A stretch of DNA of 64,000 bases, taken from the NCBI GenBank assembly GCA_038153405.1, contig JAYOYH010000003.1, forward strand, positions 113,353 to 177,352, written 5' to 3'. Under the pieces are notes generated by a model that was given only the letters and a program-made list of their open reading frames with translations, searched no databases and was not told where the DNA came from. Shown piece by piece: positions 58,653 through 64,000 of this stretch. Position numbers and translations under genes: made by a program. Numbering within the stretch: position 1 is the first letter of the stretch; every line of letters begins with the position of its first letter. Origin of the DNA: Gemmatimonadota bacterium. GTDB taxonomy: Bacteria > Latescibacterota > UBA2968 > UBA8231.

Positions 58653-60014
58653 CTACGCGCGCGAAAGCGACATACTAAACGTTGCGCCCTCCCCCAACTG
58701 ACTGGTTACCCGCACCTTCTCGCCGTGCGCCTCGACGACGTGGCGCACAATTGCTAGTCCCAGACCCGTTCCTCCCAAGGCGCGTGACCGCCCTTTATCT
58801 ACGCGATAAAAGCGCTCAAATATGCGCCCTAGGTCGGCGGAGGGAATACCGATACCGCTATCGGATACGTCGAGCCATATCACCCCCTCAACATCGCGCA
58901 TGGCCACTTGCACCCGACCGCCTTCCGGCGTGTATTTGACGGCGTTGTCCAACAAATTTATCAGCGCCTGTTCGATGTGCTGGGGATCGCAGCGCACCGC
59001 AATGCCATCGTCGATCTGGCAATTGAGCTCGATGTTTTTTTGTTCGGCAGCGGAGCTGACAGCCGCGCTGCAGCTATCGACCAACCGACGCAAATCGCAC
59101 GTCCTTTTCTCAATTTTGAATTGATCGGACTCTAGGCGCGAAAGGTCGAGTAAGTCGTCGAGGAGCAGATTGAGCCGATCGGCATGCAATGAAATAATGC
59201 CGACAAATCGCCCAGCCGCTGCGCGATCGTCCAGCGCTCCGTCGGCCAAGGTTTCGGCATAGCCTTTAATCGCCGTGAGCGGCGTGCGCAACTCGTGCGA
59301 TACGTTGGCGACAAAGTCTCGACGCATTCGCTCCAACTGGCGCAGGCGCGTGATGTCGTAGAACACCGCTACGACGCCGATGCACTCCGCATCTTCTATA
59401 ATGGGCGCGACGTGCACATCGAGATGACGCGCAGTCCCACCCCCTCCTAGTTCAACTTCTAGGGCTCCCCCGCGACTCTGCTGCATACAGACATCTATAG
59501 CTTGCTGCACTGCGGCCTGGCGCACAAACTCTGCCGCAGGCCGTCCCTGCGCGTTGGCCTGCAAATTTAACAGACGGCCCAACGCGCGGTTAACCAATAG
59601 AATACGGCCATCGCGCCCGGTGACTAGGATGCCCTCGGTTATGCTCTCTATGATGACTTCGAGACGCGACTTGTCCGCGCCGAGTTCTGCTATACGCCGA
59701 TGGTATTTAGCCACCATAGGCGAAAAGGTCTGACTCAGCTCGTTTGCCCCGGCAAAGGGCGCTTGATCTAATACCTCCCCCTCTTCAAAAGCCTTCATCC
59801 CATAGAGGCGCAGGTCATCGTGTATCCGGACCACAGCGGAGCGCAGCCAGCGCCCTGCCAGCCATGCCGGTGCAATGGCACTAAGAAAAAGAATCGATAA
59901 AATGGCCGGATCGGCCAGCGCCTCCCCCAGTTTCCCCGCGCCTTGACGCGCCAACGCAATCCATAACAGCAAAACAGTCAGACCGCACTGAACGCCGACC
60001 ATCCATCCCATCAT
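58653..60014 (-). CDS. phoR: Phosphate regulon sensor histidine kinase
   Basis: Two TM helices, PAS, FVANVSHELRTPLT, NLLDNAVKY, RFYRVDKGRSR, GTGLGLAIV; follows phoB. Confidence 0.9.
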   Translation of the reverse strand: MMGWMVGVQCGLTVLLLWIALARQGAGKLGEALADPAILSILFLSAIAPAWLAGRWLRSAVVRIHDDLRLYGMKAFEEGEVLDQAPFAGANELSQTFSPMVAKYHRRIAELGADKSRLEVIIESITEGILVTGRDGRILLVNRALGRLLNLQANAQGRPAAEFVRQAAVQQAIDVCMQQSRGGALEVELGGGGTARHLDVHVAPIIEDAECIGVVAVFYDITRLRQLERMRRDFVANVSHELRTPLTAIKGYAETLADGALDDRAAAGRFVGIISLHADRLNLLLDDLLDLSRLESDQFKIEKRTCDLRRLVDSCSAAVSSAAEQKNIELNCQIDDGIAVRCDPQHIEQALINLLDNAVKYTPEGGRVQVAMRDVEGVIWLDVSDSGIGIPSADLGRIFERFYRVDKGRSRALGGTGLGLAIVRHVVEAHGEKVRVTSQLGEGATFSMSLSRA

Positions 60015-60016
60015 CC

Positions 60017-60712
60017 CTAACGCCCTTCGCGTCGCAAGCGATAGCCGACCCCGCGCACAGTTTCTATCCACTCGGCTGCATCACCCAGCTTTTCGCGCAG
60101 GCGACGAACGTGCGTATCGACCGTGCGCTGGTAGCCACTATGATCGTAGCGCCACACCACGTTGAGTAATTCTTCGCGCGACTGCACGCGCCCTCGGCGC
60201 TGGGCCAACGTCAACAGCAGACGGAACTCCGTCGCCGTCAGTTCGATGGATTCACTTCCCGATTGCACTCGATGCCCAATGGAATCGATGAGCAGTGGAC
60301 CAATTTGAAGGGTGTCATCGGCGCTCCGCTCTGCCCCTTCGACGCGGCGCAAGATAGCGCGCACGCGCAGCACCAATTCCCGCGGAGAAAACGGCTTGAT
60401 CAGATAGTCATCGGCCCCCAACTCCAAACCGACGATGCGATCGACCTCCTCCGTTCGCGCCGTTAGCATGAGAATGGGCACGCGCGTTGTCTGCTCGCGC
60501 TGTTTGAGCAAACGACACACTTCCAACCCATCGATGCCGGGCAGCATGAGGTCCAATACGATGAGTGACAGCACTTCTTCTTCGGCTGTATCTAAGGCCG
60601 CCTCACCCGTTTCTACAGCGATGGTATTGAATCCCACCTGCTCCAGATTATACCGAACGAGGTCGAGGATATCGGGCTCGTCTTCTACAATTAAAATCGT
60701 CTCTCTAGCCAT
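60017..60712 (-). CDS. phoB: Phosphate regulon response regulator (OmpR family)
   Basis: LIVEDE, LDLMLPG, GADDYLIKPF, RTVDTHVRRLR, TVRGVGY; follows phoU. Start trimmed to ATG 60712. Confidence 0.9.
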   Translation of the reverse strand: MARETILIVEDEPDILDLVRYNLEQVGFNTIAVETGEAALDTAEEEVLSLIVLDLMLPGIDGLEVCRLLKQREQTTRVPILMLTARTEEVDRIVGLELGADDYLIKPFSPRELVLRVRAILRRVEGAERSADDTLQIGPLLIDSIGHRVQSGSESIELTATEFRLLLTLAQRRGRVQSREELLNVVWRYDHSGYQRTVDTHVRRLREKLGDAAEWIETVRGVGYRLRREGR

Positions 60713-60741
60713 CCCACACTGCATGCTCACGTTGAATAGGA

Positions 60742-61443
60742 TTATATTGAATCGCTTATCGGACGATCTTCCCACCAGTGCGCCTTTTGATGACGCACGA
60801 TGCGCCCATTGACTAAGTAGGCTACATTTTCGGCGATATTCGAAGCATTGTCGCCCACCCGCTCCAAGTGCCGCGCCACCAGGATCAGGTAAATGGCCCG
60901 GTCGATCGTATCGGGCCGCCCCATAGCGCCGTGCATATAGGTCAGCAACTCGCGAAAAATCTGATCGCGCAGTTGGTCGAGCTGTTCGTCGCGCCGTCCC
61001 ACGCTCTTGGCCAGCGCCACATCGCGTCGCACAAAAGCATCCAGCGCATCTTTGACCATACTCTGGGCCAATTCCGCCATCCGCGGTATATCGATAAGCG
61101 GCTTGAGCAAGGTCATCGTATTGAGGACCTGCGCCCGTTGAGCGATGTTCACCGCCTGGTCGTTGATGCGCTCTAGGTCGTCATTGATCTTCAATACAGT
61201 GGTCAACAATCGCAAATCGCCGGCGACTGGGCCGTGCCTAGCCATTAGTGTTAGACACACCTCTTCTATTTTGATTTCCCAATCGTCGATGCGCTTGCCG
61301 CCCCTGATAACCTCCTCTACCCACGCATCGTCGCGCTCAACCAGGGCCCGGACGGCCTGTGCAATAGACTCCTCTACGGCCCCACCCATCTTGAGCAAAT
61401 CTTGCCGAAGATCATCCAACTCTTGGTCAAATCGTCTATCCAT
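60742..61443 (-). CDS. phoU: Phosphate signalling protein PhoU
   Basis: PVAGDLR, DLERINDQAVNIA, LERVGDNASNIAE. Confidence 0.95.
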   Translation of the reverse strand: MDRRFDQELDDLRQDLLKMGGAVEESIAQAVRALVERDDAWVEEVIRGGKRIDDWEIKIEEVCLTLMARHGPVAGDLRLLTTVLKINDDLERINDQAVNIAQRAQVLNTMTLLKPLIDIPRMAELAQSMVKDALDAFVRRDVALAKSVGRRDEQLDQLRDQIFRELLTYMHGAMGRPDTIDRAIYLILVARHLERVGDNASNIAENVAYLVNGRIVRHQKAHWWEDRPISDSI

Positions 61444-61504
61444 ACCATACCTCGTTTATAAGACGCAGCCGCTATGCTGCGCGCGCCATACGCCTGGGTA
61501 TCGC

Positions 61505-62311
61505 TCAGCCAAAACGGCCCGTCACATAATCTTCAGTTTGCTTGAGACGCGGTGTAGTAAACATCTGTTGCGTCTGATTGAATTCGACTAGACGTCCCAA
61601 ATAAAAGAATGCCGTATAGTCCGAAATGCGTGCGGCCTGCTGCAAGTTGTGGGTGACGATGACGATCGTATAGTCTTTCCTCAATTCGCTAATCGTCTCC
61701 TCAATGCGCACCGTAGCAATGGGATCAAGTGCAGAACAAGGCTCGTCCATCAGCACGACATCCGGTTCTACGGCCAACGTACGCGCAATACACAGGCGCT
61801 GCTGTTGGCCACCAGACAACCCAAGCGCATTGTCCTTGAGCCGATCTTTAGCTTCCTCCCACAGAGCCGCTGCGCGCAGGCTCTTTTCGACCGCTTCATC
61901 GAGCACGGCTTTGCCGTTCTCACCGGCGATGCGCAATCCATAGGCGACATTCTCATAAATCGATTTGGGGAATGGATTCGACTTTTGAAAAACCATCCCA
62001 ACCCGCCGGCGCAAATCTATCACGTCAAAATCTGCCGCATAGATATCTTCCCCACCAATCCGCACATGGCCATTAATACGCGCCGATTCCACCAAGTCGT
62101 TCAGGCGATTAAAACTGCGCAACAGAGTCGATTTGCCGCATCCGGAAGGACCGATAAAGGCCGTCACTTCGCACTCGGGAATAGATAGATTGATATCGTA
62201 TAGCGCCTGTGCCTGTCCATAAAATAGATTGAGGTTTTCAACCTCGACAATAGGATTGACCACCTCTGCTGCTACAGTGGCGCCATCCATGGACTGATTT
62301 TCTTCTATCAT
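61505..62311 (-). CDS. pstB: Phosphate ABC transporter ATPase
   Basis: [51 protein letters not shown]. Confidence 0.97.
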   Translation of the reverse strand: MIEENQSMDGATVAAEVVNPIVEVENLNLFYGQAQALYDINLSIPECEVTAFIGPSGCGKSTLLRSFNRLNDLVESARINGHVRIGGEDIYAADFDVIDLRRRVGMVFQKSNPFPKSIYENVAYGLRIAGENGKAVLDEAVEKSLRAAALWEEAKDRLKDNALGLSGGQQQRLCIARTLAVEPDVVLMDEPCSALDPIATVRIEETISELRKDYTIVIVTHNLQQAARISDYTAFFYLGRLVEFNQTQQMFTTPRLKQTEDYVTGRFG

Positions 62312-62328
62312 AGAGCGATTACCCGCTG

Positions 62329-63933
62329 TTAAAAAGCTGACCCGGCATAGCGTCTACGCAGCCTGTTGCGCACGACGATGGCGGTCAAATTGAGCACCAG
62401 AACTATTAGCAGCAGCAGCAGCGCCGTGGTATAGACCATCGGCCGCGCCGCTTCGACATTGGGCGATTGAAAGCCCACGTCGTAAATGTGAAAACCCAGA
62501 TGCATAAACTTGCGCTCGAGGTGAAAAAACGGCCAGTAGGCATCCAATGGTAGGTCGGGGGCCAGCTTAACCACGCCCGTTATCATCAGCGGGGCGACTT
62601 CGCCTGCCCCGCGCGCCGTAGCCAATATAACGCCGGTGAGGATGCCGGGCAGAGCACTCGGCAGCACTACGTTCCATATCATTTGAAATTTGGTCGACCC
62701 CAGGCCCAGTGCCCCCTCGCGCAGTTCGCGCGGCACGGCGGCAAGCGCCTCTTCTGTGGCGACGATTACGACCGGCACCGTCAACAATGCCAGCGTTAGC
62801 GAGGCCCAGAGAATGCCCCCCGTGCCATAGGTCGGGGTCGGCAGCGATTCGGCATAGAACAGCCGGTCGATACTGCCGCCCACCCCGTAGACAAAGAAAC
62901 CCAAGCCAAACATCCCGAAGACGATGGACGGCACGCCGGCCAAATTATTGACGGCAATGCGCACTAAGCGCACTAAGAATCCTTGGCGGGCGTACTCGCG
63001 CAAGTAGAGTGCCGCTAAGATGCCAAAGGGCACCGCGGCCAAGCTCATCAACATAACCATCATTACGGTGCCAAAAAGGGCTGGGAAAATACCGCCCTCG
63101 GTATTGGACTCGCGCGGCTGACCGGCGATAAATTCCCAACCTTTGTCGAGATAGACGGCCAACTTGCCGCCCATTCCCAAGGCATTGGGCTGGTAGGCGC
63201 GCACAATATCGGCAACGCGGATCCGCCGCACTTGGCCATCAGCCAACGCCAACAGCACCTCGGCGCGCTCGTTTTCACTGCGCACGGCGTTGAGGCGGTC
63301 CGATACCGCTTCATACTGGTTCCACAAGCCCCGATTGCGCGCTGCCAGTTCAGCCACGCGCGCGCTGTCGGCACCGGCCCGTTCCAGCATTTGTTTCTCG
63401 CGCCGGAGCGCTTCCATCTCGCGGTTGATCTGGCCCATTTCATCGTCTTCAATAGCATGAATCACACCCCAGCGCCGCGCCGACTCATCCAATAGGGGCT
63501 GTAAGGCCTCCCATCCACCTTCAGCACCGACGGCCAGCACGGCGTCCCCCTCTACAATGCGTTCGATAACACCGTAGGCATCGCCCCATTCGAGCCGCTC
63601 AAAAACCACGGCTTCCCCCGGTCTATCTCTGCTTTCGATATCGGCTTCATCCAACCAGCGAAAATCCAGTCCATACGCGTCTCGATTGCCCACCTTTAGC
63701 TGTATTCTAAAAAGCTCGGCCTTGTCTGGAATCGACTGGCGGTCAACCGTTTTTCCCATCACCCTCTCGCCGGTGCGCAGCTGTATGCGCTCTAGCGAAC
63801 TGGGCCAGAAAACGCCAAGTCCGTTGTAGAGAATAATCCCAACCAAGCCCGTTATCATCAACAGGCAAAAGGCGAGTGCACTGCCCGTGAGCCATATAAA
63901 TGGATCGCCGCTACGCCAAAACTTTACGTTCAT
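62329..63933 (-). CDS. pstA: Phosphate ABC transporter permease with large N-terminal periplasmic domain
   Basis: [31 protein letters not shown]. Confidence 0.95.
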   Translation of the reverse strand: MNVKFWRSGDPFIWLTGSALAFCLLMITGLVGIILYNGLGVFWPSSLERIQLRTGERVMGKTVDRQSIPDKAELFRIQLKVGNRDAYGLDFRWLDEADIESRDRPGEAVVFERLEWGDAYGVIERIVEGDAVLAVGAEGGWEALQPLLDESARRWGVIHAIEDDEMGQINREMEALRREKQMLERAGADSARVAELAARNRGLWNQYEAVSDRLNAVRSENERAEVLLALADGQVRRIRVADIVRAYQPNALGMGGKLAVYLDKGWEFIAGQPRESNTEGGIFPALFGTVMMVMLMSLAAVPFGILAALYLREYARQGFLVRLVRIAVNNLAGVPSIVFGMFGLGFFVYGVGGSIDRLFYAESLPTPTYGTGGILWASLTLALLTVPVVIVATEEALAAVPRELREGALGLGSTKFQMIWNVVLPSALPGILTGVILATARGAGEVAPLMITGVVKLAPDLPLDAYWPFFHLERKFMHLGFHIYDVGFQSPNVEAARPMVYTTALLLLLIVLVLNLTAIVVRNRLRRRYAGSAF

Positions 63934-64000
63934 AATTTGTTGTACCTATCGCGCAGTCGCTGGCGCACCACTTCGGCGATTGTATTGATGGCAAAGGTCG
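63930..64000 (-). CDS. pstC: Phosphate ABC transporter permease, C-terminal end only
   Basis: Manual translation ...[26 protein letters not shown] overlap with pstA. Confidence 0.85.
   Translation of the reverse strand, partial: TFAINTIAEVVRQRLRDRYNKL

Noticed and set aside
60700..64000. Pho box
   Set aside because: No convincing tandem CTGTCA-type repeat seen; the operon promoter lies outside the window.

Overview
GC-rich bacterial chromosome segment with about 50 genes. I found no rRNA, tRNA, CRISPR array or mobile element. The gene repertoire (FlgD/T9SS-like C-terminal domains, CRTAC1/ASPIC proteins, DUF6785-like membrane protein, 'WGxxK' C-terminal tail) suggests an FCB-group candidate lineage such as Latescibacterota; this is inference. 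In order: (1) a minus-strand cassette of secreted, lipo- and outer-membrane proteins (1-9869) facing a large inner-membrane protein; (2) a translationally coupled trio of degenerate helicase, UvrD-like helicase and stand-alone Fe-S PD-(D/E)xK nuclease (12226-17305); (3) a divergent glycosylation locus (GT-C enzymes and SGNH protein versus epimerase/nucleotidyltransferase/HddA-like kinase); (4) groES-groEL with a palindromic sigma54-type promoter and a His-rich GroEL tail; (5) orphan fliN, SelA/DgaE-like PLP enzyme, multidomain S8 protease, fused IOR and ispG; (6) a sugar-acid catabolic cluster with two tandem aldolases sharing 467 identical bp; (7) a GAF-GAF-PAS hybrid kinase coupled to a degenerate NtrC-like regulator, and a PilZ protein; (8) pstC(partial)-pstA-pstB-phoU-phoB-phoR followed by a cytochrome c and a HupE/UreJ-like protein. 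Many starts were trimmed from the ORF track using RBS and stop/start overlaps. All family calls come from motif recognition by eye; no database search was run.
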